64,000 bases of DNA, from contig JBBQEI010000004.1 of the NCBI GenBank assembly GCA_038320545.1, positions 75,613 through 139,612 on the forward strand, given 5' to 3'. The translations under genes were made by a program, and so were the position numbers. Source of the stretch: Bacteroidales bacterium. GTDB taxonomy: Bacteria; Bacteroidota; Bacteroidia; Bacteroidales; JAAUTT01. Within the stretch, counting starts at the first letter, position 1. The number at the start of each line of letters is the position of its first letter. Shown here piece after piece: positions 18,822-28,700 of the stretch. The notes under the pieces are model-generated. The model did no database searches. It was not told the origin of the DNA and saw only the letters and a list, made by a program, of their open reading frames with translations.

Positions 18822-19144
18822 GAAAGGCAAAAATACTATTTAAGGACGAGGAAGCTGGTGTATTAACCCAACATGATGATGGCTCGTTTACATTCAGTTA
18901 TAATGATGCCTGGATGGCAGATCATAACAAGCCTGATATCAGTCTTACCTTGCCTAAAATTGGACAGAAGTTTCATTCAAAATACTTATTTCCATTCTTT
19001 TATAACATGCTTCCTGAAGGATCTAATAAGGAAGTAGTTTGTAAACTTAATAGAATAGACCCGACAGATTACTTCGGATTACTCATAACTACTGCAAAAT
19101 ATGATAGTATTGGTGCAGTTCGGGTATTAAAAACAGATCAGTAA
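18818..19144 (+). CDS. hipS: Stand-alone HipA N-terminal subdomain protein (HipS-like)
   Basis: 108 aa. EEAGVLTQHDDGSFTFSYNDAWM...ISLTLP...FFYNMLPEGSNKE...DSIGAVRV follows the HipA N-terminal (couple_hipA) pattern. Confidence 0.7.
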   Translation: MRKAKILFKDEEAGVLTQHDDGSFTFSYNDAWMADHNKPDISLTLPKIGQKFHSKYLFPFFYNMLPEGSNKEVVCKLNRIDPTDYFGLLITTAKYDSIGAVRVLKTDQ

Positions 19145-20131
19145 TGAGTTTACCTGAAATAAAATATTGTCCAGGTACTTTAGCTAAAGGATTTAATACC
19201 TATAGCAGAACTTGTTTGAATAGAGTTTTTCAAGGGAAAACCGTATATCATGTATTGCCATACGATTCACCGGCATCGAATCCTGAAACAGATGAACTTT
19301 TTGAACAAAACAGAAAATGTATCTCAATCTCGGGAGTACAGGAAAAATACTCTGTATTGCTTGAGAAAAATAAGTTAAGACTTACAAATGAAGGTGAGCG
19401 TGGAGCTTATATTCTGAAACCTATTCCCGGTACTGGCAAAAAGCCGGACCAAATGCCAGCTAACGAACACCTTACAATGCAAATGGCGCGTCAGATATAT
19501 GGAATAGAAACAGCTGAAAATGCATTAATTTTTTTTTAAAAACGGAACTCCGGCATATATAACCAAGCGATTCGACGTTAAAGAAGATGGTTCAAAACTT
19601 GCACAGGATGATTTTGCTTCATTGGCGGGCAGGACCCCTCAAACCCATGGAAAACATTACAAGTATTTGGGGAATTATTTGGAATTATTTCAGTTAATGA
19701 AGACTTATTTAGCTACTTACAAATTAGATGCACCTAAACTTCTGAAAATACTCGTTTTTAATTACTTATTCTCCAATGGAGATGCTCACTATAAAAACTT
19801 TTCCATACTTGAAACATCAATGGGAGACTATAGATTGAGTCCAGCATATGACCTCTTAAATAGTCGCATTCATATAGAAGATAAAGACTTTGCATTAGAT
19901 GATGGATTATTACCGGGAAATTTAGCTCAAGGGGAAATTAGGATACAATTTTCCAAACTCGCAGAGAATGCAGAAATAAGTGAGAAAATTTTTTATGATA
20001 TTATAACGTTAATGTTATCAAAATCGGATATTGTTGAAAAAATGATAAAAGCTTCGTTTCTTGACGATTCTACAAAAAAAAATTATTGGCAGTCTTATAA
20101 TGGACGATTAAAACAAATATTAAAACCATGA
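19144..20131 (+). pseudogene. hipT: HipA-family Ser/Thr kinase toxin lacking the N-subdomain (HipT-like), interrupted by a +1 frameshift at a T9 run
   Basis: The frame-1 part ends ...ENALIFF* at 19539. The conserved block continues in the next frame from 19541 (NGTPAYITKRFDVKEDGSKLAQDDFASLAG...). Kinase motifs are ISISGVQEKYS (Gly-rich loop), DAHYKNFS (catalytic) and SPAYDLLNS. The T run is at 19529-19537. Confidence 0.75.
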
Positions 20132-20862
20132 TACTCGCTTCAGCACAAACAAAACCCACCCGCTATAACATTAAAAAAAATCTGCACGATCATTACCGGA
20201 TGATTGAAGTTGCGGGCGATTACGGTTCCAAATTAATTGCCTTTCCCGAAATGTCAATTACCGGTTACGAAAGGGACAAAGCAGGTGAACTTGCTTTCTC
20301 AAAAACTGATTCACGGCTCGATAAGCTTAGAACTCTTGCGGCCGATAAAAACATGATTATTATTGCAGGAGCTCCCATAAAAGTTGATAATGGAATGTTT
20401 ATTGGTTCATTTATTCTATTTCCCGATCAAACACTTTCGTTTTACACCAAACAATTTTTGCATCATGGCGAAGAAGATTATTTCAGCCCATCATTTAATT
20501 TTAATCCGCTTCTTGAGCTGGATGATGAACGTATTTCACTGGCCATATGCGCTGATATCGACAATCCTTTGCATCCCGAGAACGCATCTAAATTGAATAC
20601 CAGTATTTATATTCCTTCCATATTCTTTTCTCCCGTCGGAGTTCCCGATGCTTATAAAAACCTAAGCAATTATGCCAGTAAATATTCTATGAACATTTTA
20701 ATGTCAAATTTTTGTGGTGAATCCTGGGGAAAACCATCCGGAGGAAGAAGCGCTTTCTGGGACAGCAAAGGTGAGTTGATCGGTAGTATGAACGATTCAG
20801 ATCCGGGATTATTGATAGCTGAAAAGAAATATGAACAGTGGAATGTTAAATGCTTTTTCTAG
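20128..20862 (+). CDS. Carbon-nitrogen hydrolase (nitrilase superfamily) protein
   Basis: LIAFPEMSITGY (Glu), YTKQFL (Lys) and LAICAD (Cys) form the E-K-C triad pattern. Confidence 0.8.
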   Translation: MILASAQTKPTRYNIKKNLHDHYRMIEVAGDYGSKLIAFPEMSITGYERDKAGELAFSKTDSRLDKLRTLAADKNMIIIAGAPIKVDNGMFIGSFILFPDQTLSFYTKQFLHHGEEDYFSPSFNFNPLLELDDERISLAICADIDNPLHPENASKLNTSIYIPSIFFSPVGVPDAYKNLSNYASKYSMNILMSNFCGESWGKPSGGRSAFWDSKGELIGSMNDSDPGLLIAEKKYEQWNVKCFF

Positions 20863-20870
20863 AGAAGGAT

Positions 20871-20910
20871 GCGTTTCGACTTCGCTCAACGACCGGTTTC
20901 GACTCGCTCA
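20871..20910. repeat. Short dispersed repeat, copy 1 (a 26-mer plus a partial tandem half-copy)
   Basis: gcgtttcgacttcgctcaacgaccgg matches 49187-49212 at 25 of 26 positions. It is followed by tttcgactcgctca. Confidence 0.8.
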
Positions 20911-21001
20911 TCCATCGAATTTATATAAATATGAAATTTCGGTTTATTTTTGTTTATAATAAAATCGTTAAAAAAGACAAGCAATTAAAAAACTCTTATT
21001 T

Positions 21002-21664
21002 TTGTATAATTCTTTGAAACGATTGCTAATCAAAAATAACCTGGCCAAAATTTCTGTTGTTCAGTTTGGAGACAACATTAATTTTTTTGGATTAAGTACC
21101 GATTATACTGGTATTACCGGACAACAGCTCTATACAAAAATGGCCCGTGTTTATAAAACCGGCTATGGAAATAATTTAACCAATATTGTTCCCTGGGCCG
21201 AAGCTTCTTATCCAGGAATTGTACAGGCAATTAACGATTTGCAGGGCGATGCTCATGCAGCAGAAGGTCAGATTCAATTCGCTGCATCCACAAGTGCTGA
21301 TGCAAATTTGCCTGCTGTTGCATCCAAACCAATTATCATCAACTTTTCAACCGCTTCCTGGGGACTCTCACTCGACATGAAGGAAAAAATTGAGAACCAG
21401 TTGGGCCAGTTATCAATTGAGTTTGCCGGTATGAAAGTTCGTATCGAAGGAAATACCGATAATGTGGGCAGTGCTGTCATGAACAGGGATCTTTCGTACA
21501 AACGTGCCAAAGCTGTGGCCGATTATTTGGTTAAGACTTATAATTTCGATCCCAACAGATTTGTCATTGTTGGTAACGGTCCTGATAAACCGGTTTCAAA
21601 CAACGATACAGAAGAAGGTAAGGCTGCCAATCGCCGTACCGAATTCCAACTGTTGGGCAAGTAA
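21002..21664 (+). CDS. OmpA-domain protein, apparently the 3' remnant of a substrate-binding/OmpA fusion gene
   Basis: The C-terminal OmpA_C motif is intact (NTDNVGSAVMNRDLSYKRAKAVADYL...NRRTEFQL). There is no signal peptide and no ATG start. The frame opens only at 20972, after an in-frame stop. Confidence 0.5.
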   Translation: MYNSLKRLLIKNNLAKISVVQFGDNINFFGLSTDYTGITGQQLYTKMARVYKTGYGNNLTNIVPWAEASYPGIVQAINDLQGDAHAAEGQIQFAASTSADANLPAVASKPIIINFSTASWGLSLDMKEKIENQLGQLSIEFAGMKVRIEGNTDNVGSAVMNRDLSYKRAKAVADYLVKTYNFDPNRFVIVGNGPDKPVSNNDTEEGKAANRRTEFQLLGK

Positions 21665-21739
21665 AAAATAAATGAATTTCTACAAAAAAGGATACTGGTT
21701 ATCCTTTTTTGTTTTTAATTAAAAATAGAATTTGCAGAT

Positions 21740-22526
21740 ATGGGACTATTTAAAAGACTTTTTAGATTTGCCGGTGAAGTTGACGAAAAAACTGCACTGA
21801 CAATAAATATAATCGGATGGATATTGTTGATCTTTGTTTGGTGGCTGGTTTCTGCGATGGGTTGGATTAAACCCACTATTCTTCCTTCGCCCTTTGCTGT
21901 CATTTTATCCTATAAAACCCTTTTTGTTGAGCGTCACCTTTTGTATAATACCGGCTATTCTATTTTTATAAATATGAGTGGTTATCTTCAGGCTCTGGCT
22001 CTGGCTATTCCCCTTGGTTTTTTAATTGGTCTGGTTCCTTTTTTCAGGCACCTGGTTAGTAAACAGATTGAAGCCATCCGTTTTACGCCACTTCCGGCTA
22101 CTACTGGAATATTCATGGCGGTTTTTGGTCTGGGCCTGGGAATAAAAGTTGAATTTCTTGCTTTTGGTATTTTCGTGTATTTGCTTCCGGCAATTGCACG
22201 ATCATCTGAAAGCACTTAAACAAACCATGTGGACCTTGAATGCGAGCCCATGGATGACATTGAAACATTTTTACCTGCCGTCGGTTCTTAGCAGGTTTTC
22301 AATGGATGTAATCAATCTGGTTGCTGTAAGCTGGACTTACATTGTAATTGACGAAATGATAAATGCACAGGGTGGATTAGGCGCTATGATTTACATGGCA
22401 ACATCACGTGGTTCGCATGTCGATCAGCTTTATGCAATATTACTTTTGATCATTTTTATTGGATTTGTACAGGATAAGCTGCTGAAACTGCTCGATAGAA
22501 AGCTTTTTAAATTTAAATACGCCTAA
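21740..22526 (+). pseudogene. NitT/TauT-type ABC transporter permease, split by a frameshift near 22190-22200
   Basis: The N-terminal half (ILPSPFAV...RFTPLPATTGIFMAVFGLGLGIKVEFLAFGIFVYLLPAIA) ends in stops. The C-terminal half (...TLNASPWMTLKHFYLPSVL...[12 protein letters not shown]) continues in another frame. Confidence 0.65.
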
Positions 22527-22528
22527 CG

Positions 22529-22990
22529 ATGAAGCGAAATATATTTCAAAAACAGGAGGACAGTGAAACACCTCAACCTGTTCCAGACTTTGCGGTTAAA
22601 GAAGAAAAGACTGAAGCAACAGGACTTAAAACTGCCGATCGGACTAGTGTTGGCAACTTAACTGATATTATAAACCTTGTAAATATGAATCAGGTTTATG
22701 CCGATCATATTCCCATTAATGTGGTTTTTAAAGATTTTAATCTGGATATAAAAGACGTTAAGGACCGAGGACAGTTTATTTCAATCATGGGCCAATCGGG
22801 TTGTGGAAAATCGACTTTGCTCCGGTATATTTCCGGTTTACAATTGCCAACATCGGGAGATGTCTATATTTATGGAAAAAAAAAGAACCGACAAAGACCG
22901 GATCCCAATGGTTTTCCAGCGATCCGGAGTTATTTTCAATACCAAATGCTACCCAGATTAAAAGTATCAAACAATAGCATAAAGTTATAA
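22529..22990 (+). pseudogene. ABC transporter ATP-binding protein, frameshifted and 3'-truncated
   Basis: Walker A ([11 protein letters not shown]) is present. After an A9 run (22876-22884) the expected DRIPMVFQ is readable only in another frame. LSGGQ and Walker B are absent, and the sequence turns noncoding after 22990. Confidence 0.7.
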
Positions 22991-23137
22991 ATGTTATTGA
23001 AATCTAATCTTTATAACCGACACAGAATAGTCTTCAAGTATTAGGTTGAGGCTTTTCCTTTGATCATAATTTTTTTTCAACAGGTTTTATATTGAATGGC
23101 TATCGTTTAGTTTAGAAATTGAATAATTAATATACAC

Positions 23138-23151
23138 TTCGACTCCGCTCA
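23138..23151. repeat. Dispersed repeat core, copy 2
   Basis: ttcgactccgctca is identical to 49191-49204. Related GC-rich fragments lie at 23320-23374 and 23423-23450. Confidence 0.6.
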
Positions 23152-23786
23152 GTGTGACACTAATACCAGTTCGTCAGACGACCCCTTAATGAAGTTTTGG
23201 CAGATGTTAGCTATTGATTTATATTTCATAAATAATTCTTTAAAATCTCCAGGCATATTTTCTAATAATTAGTCATTGTTGTTCGTTAAAAAAAGTTAGA
23301 CTACCTTCGGTGAGACCGCTTCGCTAAGTTCTTCGCTTCGCCTGTCTGCTGCCAGGCAGGCTCTGAATGACAATCTTTTATTAATCCTATAGTGCAAGCC
23401 CACCCAAAAATCCAAAATACTGATTGTCATTTCGAACGAAGTGAGAAATCTTAACCTTAATTAGTTTTACCTGACAATAGTGATAATTAATCTTTAAAGC
23501 CTTGGATTTAATTGGAATGAAAGTTTTTATTGGGTGAAAAATACATAATTAAACAACAGGTTATTCCTGTTAAAACGGTAGTTTTTTATTTTTTACATCA
23601 AAAAAATCATTATATTAAAGTATTATTAAGTTTTTGGCAAAAACCTAATTTTATAAAACTATTAAATTGATAATTAAACGTATAGATATATCCTTTTTTA
23701 TAGATTAAATTATATTGGAATATTTAGTTATATCATTACATTTGCATTACAATAAATGTTAAATATACACTTATAAAAAGAACTGT

Positions 23787-24389
23787 TTGACAACGGGAAA
23801 AAGTCATTTCAGCGGGGATTATATTCCTTTCTTAAAAAGTGGCAAGGAAAGTGAGTTTAAGATTATCTTCGATGTGTTATACGATCCATTATGTGTTTAT
23901 GCCGAAAGCATAATCTGTGATCACTATGCATCTGAAGAAATCGTAGAAGATGTATTTATTTATTTATGGTCGAACAGTAAGAATATTGAAATTCAGGTTT
24001 CTCTAAAAAATTACTTATACAAATGTGTCCACAACAGTTGTCTCAACTATCTTAAAAAACTAAAAACAAAAAAGAATAAACTGGAAATTCTCAATTATGT
24101 GGTTGAAGATTTTGAAATTCTTCATCCTTTGTCTGAAGATATTCCTGTTTCGGAAATGATTATTAAAGAATTGGAAGGTAAGGCACGCGATACTATGGAT
24201 AATTTGCCGCCACAATGCCGTGAAATTTATTTTTTAAACAGATTCGAAAATTTGAGTTATTCTGAGATTGCAATAAAATTGCAAATTTCTGTTGGAACTG
24301 TTAAAACTCAAATGAGCAGGGCTTTTCAGCGATTCAGGGAAAATTTAAAAGAATACCTTCCTGTTTTGATATTTTTTTTTTTAAAATAA
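23787..24389 (+). CDS. ECF-type RNA polymerase sigma-70 factor
   Basis: Region 2 (EEIVEDVFIYLW) and a region 4 HTH (LSYSEIAIKLQISVGTVKTQMSRA). Followed by FecR- and STN-SusC-type genes. TTG start as in the ORF track. Confidence 0.8.
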   Translation: MTTGKSHFSGDYIPFLKSGKESEFKIIFDVLYDPLCVYAESIICDHYASEEIVEDVFIYLWSNSKNIEIQVSLKNYLYKCVHNSCLNYLKKLKTKKNKLEILNYVVEDFEILHPLSEDIPVSEMIIKELEGKARDTMDNLPPQCREIYFLNRFENLSYSEIAIKLQISVGTVKTQMSRAFQRFRENLKEYLPVLIFFFLK

Positions 24390-24448
24390 ACCATTTTTCA
24401 TGTCAACCAGTAAGTCAAAATTATTGTCATTAAGGTACAAAAACTAGT

Positions 24449-25597
24449 ATGAAAAGTACCGGACACAATAATGGCCTCGATGATTTATTAATCAAGTACC
24501 TTTCCGGATCGGCTGATCCCGCTGAAAGAGAGCAGGTATTAAGCTGGTTAAAAGCGGATCTGGTTAATAAAAATTATTTAGAATCGTTAAGGAAAGTTGT
24601 TCAGGTTACAAGAATATCGACGAATAAGGGATTTAATAAGAATGAAGGTTGGACCAGGGTTAAAGCAGCCTATTATAAAAATCGGTTTTCACAGACTCAA
24701 TCTGAATTTAATAGAACCAAACGCAATCTCCTTATTAAGGTTGCCTGGTTTGCAGCAGCATCTGTAATACTCGCATTTTGTCTTGGTATTTGGGTGGCTC
24801 CTGAATGGAAAGTACAGAATTTTGGTGGAAATAACTATAACGAAATAATTGTGCCATTCGGTTCCAGATCGCAAATAACATTAAGCGATGGAACAAAAGT
24901 CTGGCTTAACTCCGGAAGTAAGTTCCGGTATCCCTCGAAATTTGGTAATACTTCCCGGGAAGTAATGCTCGATGGAGAAGCATTTTTTGATGTTACATAT
25001 GATAAAAGCCGGTTGTTTTTAGTTCGAACTACCGGAATAAATATCAAAGTTTTTGGTACTCAGTTTAATGTGAAATCGTATCCGGAAGAAAAAAGAGTTT
25101 TCACAACGCTGGTAAAAGGTTCTGTAATGGTTGAACCACTGGATAATAAAAATTCACCGGTTTATCTTAAACCAAATGAAACAGCAATTTATTATGTGGA
25201 TAAGGAAGAATTTGCAACAGAAGAAAAAGAAAAAGTAAAAGTTGAAAATAAAGCCCCTAATATAGTTGCTCATATTGAAATTAAAGAAAAGATAGATCCA
25301 ATTCCTATTACTTCGTGGAAAGATTCCAAGTGGATTATTGAAAGTGAGAACCTCGGTAATTTTGCGATTTTACTCGAAAGAAGATATAATGTAAAAATTA
25401 CTTTCGATAAAGAAGAATTAAAAACATATAAATTTTCAGGAACTCTTACTGATGAGACTTTTGAACAGGTGTTGAGGATAATACAAATTTCGGCTCCGAT
25501 AACCTTCAAAATTAGCAATAACAATATTCAGTTTTTCGAAGATCCTGTCTATCGGAAAGAATATGATAAATTGATTCAACGTAAGTTAAACAACTAA
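24449..25597 (+). CDS. FecR-family anti-sigma factor
   Basis: N-terminal LLIKYLSGSADPAEREQVLSWL, a single TM (VAWFAAASVILAFCLGIWV) and a FecR-type periplasmic domain (ITLSDGTKVWLNSGSKFRYP...REVMLDGEAFFDV). Confidence 0.85.
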   Translation: MKSTGHNNGLDDLLIKYLSGSADPAEREQVLSWLKADLVNKNYLESLRKVVQVTRISTNKGFNKNEGWTRVKAAYYKNRFSQTQSEFNRTKRNLLIKVAWFAAASVILAFCLGIWVAPEWKVQNFGGNNYNEIIVPFGSRSQITLSDGTKVWLNSGSKFRYPSKFGNTSREVMLDGEAFFDVTYDKSRLFLVRTTGINIKVFGTQFNVKSYPEEKRVFTTLVKGSVMVEPLDNKNSPVYLKPNETAIYYVDKEEFATEEKEKVKVENKAPNIVAHIEIKEKIDPIPITSWKDSKWIIESENLGNFAILLERRYNVKITFDKEELKTYKFSGTLTDETFEQVLRIIQISAPITFKISNNNIQFFEDPVYRKEYDKLIQRKLNN

Positions 25598-25749
25598 AAT
25601 TATAAAAGCCTATGAAGTGAAAGCTTATTAAATGCAAGAATCGCAGAATGTTGCTTCATCCTGCGATCCAATAATTAATGATAACTAACAGTCATTCTCA
25701 AATTTGCAGAGATGGGATGACCATTTTTAACTATTAACTTTTCAAATGT

Positions 25750-28700
25750 ATGAAAAAAAATAATTACTACGCCCTTTTTTTAGGTGGGCACAAAAAACTA
25801 CTACTTATGATGAAAATATTCATAGTGTTATCAACTCTTTTTAGCATGGCAATTACAGCCAATACTTATTCGCAGAAAAACGTCTCGCTGGATATGAGTA
25901 ATGCTAAAATAAAAGACATTTTTAAAGCCATCGAGGGTAAAAGTAATTACAGGTTTTTCTATAACGATGAGCTTACTGATGTTAATAAAACAGTAACCTT
26001 AACGGTAAATGAAGGCAGTATTGAAAACATACTGAACCGCTTATTTACTGATACCGATGTTTCGTACACTGTTTTAGAAAATAATCTGGTGGTTGTGGCT
26101 CCTAAGAGATCCATATTCCAGGGTGTGAAAATATCGGGAGCAGTTAACGATGCTTCTTCTGGTGAACCTTTGCCCGGAGTTAATATTACAGTTCAGGGGA
26201 CAACTTTGGGTACCGTTACCGATATTGATGGCAAATACAGTATTGATGCACCAAATGCAAATTCAATACTTATTTTCTCTTTTGTAGGATATGTTACTGA
26301 AACTATACCATTAAGCGGTAATTCTAAAATCGATGTAAACCTTGTACCTGATATAAAGTCTCTCGAAGAAGTTATTGTTGTAGGTTATGGGCAGCAGAAA
26401 AAAGTTACTGCTACCGGCTCTATAACATCGGTTAAAGGAGATGACATTATCAAATCACCTACCATGAATGTGAGTAATAGTCTCGAAGGTCGTTTGCCAG
26501 GATTGGTTACTATTACCACGAGCGGTGAACCCGGATATGATGGAACAACTTTAAGAATCAGGGGTAGTAACACGCTTGGAAATAACAATCCTCTTATTGT
26601 TGTTGATGGTGTTCCCGGAAGATCATTGGAAAGAATTGATGCAAGCACAATTGAGAATATTTCAGTTCTTAAGGATGCATCCGCTGCTATTTATGGTGCT
26701 CAGGCTGCAAATGGAGTTATTCTGATTACTACAAAACGTGGTAAAGTTGGAAAACCTACCATCAGTGCCAATTTTAACCAGGGTTACAGTCGTCCGACCC
26801 GCATACCAAAAATGGCCAATGCATTTGAATATGCTACTTTATTAAATGAAGTAGACCAGTATGACTTAAAAACTCCTCGCTATTCAGCAGATCAACTTCA
26901 AAAATATCAGGATGGTTCCGACCCTTGGAATTACCCAAATACCGACTGGTTCAAAGAAACTTTAAAACCATGGTCCAGACAGAATTATGCCAACCTTTCG
27001 GTATCAGGCGGATCGGAAAACATGAAGTACTATGTTTCTTTTGGAACAAAAAGTCAGGATGGTTTCTATTACAATAGTGGTACCAAATATAACCAGTACG
27101 ACTTAAGAACCAACCTCGACGGGAATGTGAATAAATATATCAGTATTGGTGTAGACGTTTCAGGCAGAATGGAAGACAGAAATTTCCCAACCCGCTCAGC
27201 CAGTGATATTTTTAGAATGGTAATGAGAGGCAAACCCATTTATAATGCTTATTGGCCAAATGGTATGCCCGGACCTGATATTGAATATGGAAACAACCCT
27301 GTGGTTGTAAGTACCAAAGCTACCGGTTACGATCAGGACAAATGGTATGTATTCAACAGCAACTTCAAATTAAACATTCAGATACCCTGGGTCAAAGGTT
27401 TATCGTTAAGCGGAAATGCTGCAATCGATAAAGGAATAAGATTCCATAAAAACTTCCAGACTCCATGGTACCTTTATATCTTCGAAGGATTTGATGCCAA
27501 TAATCAGCCAATCCTGAAAAAAGGTAAGAAAGGTGTTGACGATGCTCGATTATCGCAGGACATGAGTGATAATCTCAATATTCTGCTCAACGGGCTTATC
27601 AACTATGATCGTGCTTTTGGAAATCATAATGTTAAATTATTAGTTGGTGCCGAATCTATCAAAGGAAGCGGAGACAATTTTAATGCTTACAGAAGATTTT
27701 TCCTTTCAACTTCTATCGATCAGATGTTTGCAGGCGGTGACAGTGAAAAAAATAATGGTGGCTCTGCTTTTAAAAATGCTCGTCTTAACTATTTTGGCCG
27801 TGTTAACTACAATTTCATGGAAAAATACATGCTTGAATTTGTGTGGAGATATCAGGGTTCATACATTTTTGATGAGGCAAGTCGTTATGGATTTTTCCCT
27901 GGAGTATCAGTTGGTTACAGAATTTCAGAAGAGAATTTCTGGAAAGACAATATTAAGTTTATTAATAATTTCAAAATACGCGCATCTTACGGACAAACTG
28001 GAAACGATCAGATTGACGAATGGCAGTATTTGTCTTCTTATGGTTTCAGCGGAAATCCATTCATAACAAATGATTCGGAAGCAAACAAGGCATTGTTTGA
28101 ATCAATAATTCCGAATAAAAATGTTACTTGGGAAGTCGCTAACCAAGGAAATATTGGTTTTGATGCCGATATGTTAGATGGTAAACTGATGTTAACAGCC
28201 GACTATTTTGAATACCGCCGTTCTCAGATTTTATGGTGGAAAAATGCTTCTGTCCCTGCTTCTGCCGGATTATCGCTGCCAAGAGAAAATATCGGTAAAG
28301 TATCGAACAAGGGCTTTGACTACAGCATTACTTACCGTACCGACTTAAGCAATTTAAAACTTCAGGTGGGTCTGAATGGTGGATATCAGAAAAATAAAAT
28401 TGTATATTGGGACGAACCTGCCGGAGCTCCTGAATATCAGCTTTCAACCGGTCATCCTATGAATACAGGTTTATATTATAAATCTATTGGAATATTCAGA
28501 GACCAGGCAGCAGTGGATAATTATCCTCATTTGCCAGGTGCACGCTCGGGCGATATCATTTTTGAAGATGTAAACGGCGACACTCAAATCGACGCCAATG
28601 ACCAAGTAAGAATTGATAAAACCAATATCCCAACCTACACTACCGGTCTTTCTCTTAACCTTCAATGGAAAGGATTTGATTTTTCAACGCTATTCCAGGC

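Noticed and set aside
21740-22526. Programmed ribosomal frameshift joining the two permease halves
   Set aside because: There is no slippery heptamer or homopolymer at the junction (…ccggcaattgcacgatcatctg…). The neighbouring genes in the operon are also damaged, so pseudogenisation is the simpler reading.
27644-28066. 140-aa nested plus-strand ORF (and similar nested ORFs at 1380, 4976, 6819, 16995 and 53772)
   Set aside because: All lie in alternative frames inside long, motif-supported genes and show no recognisable domains.
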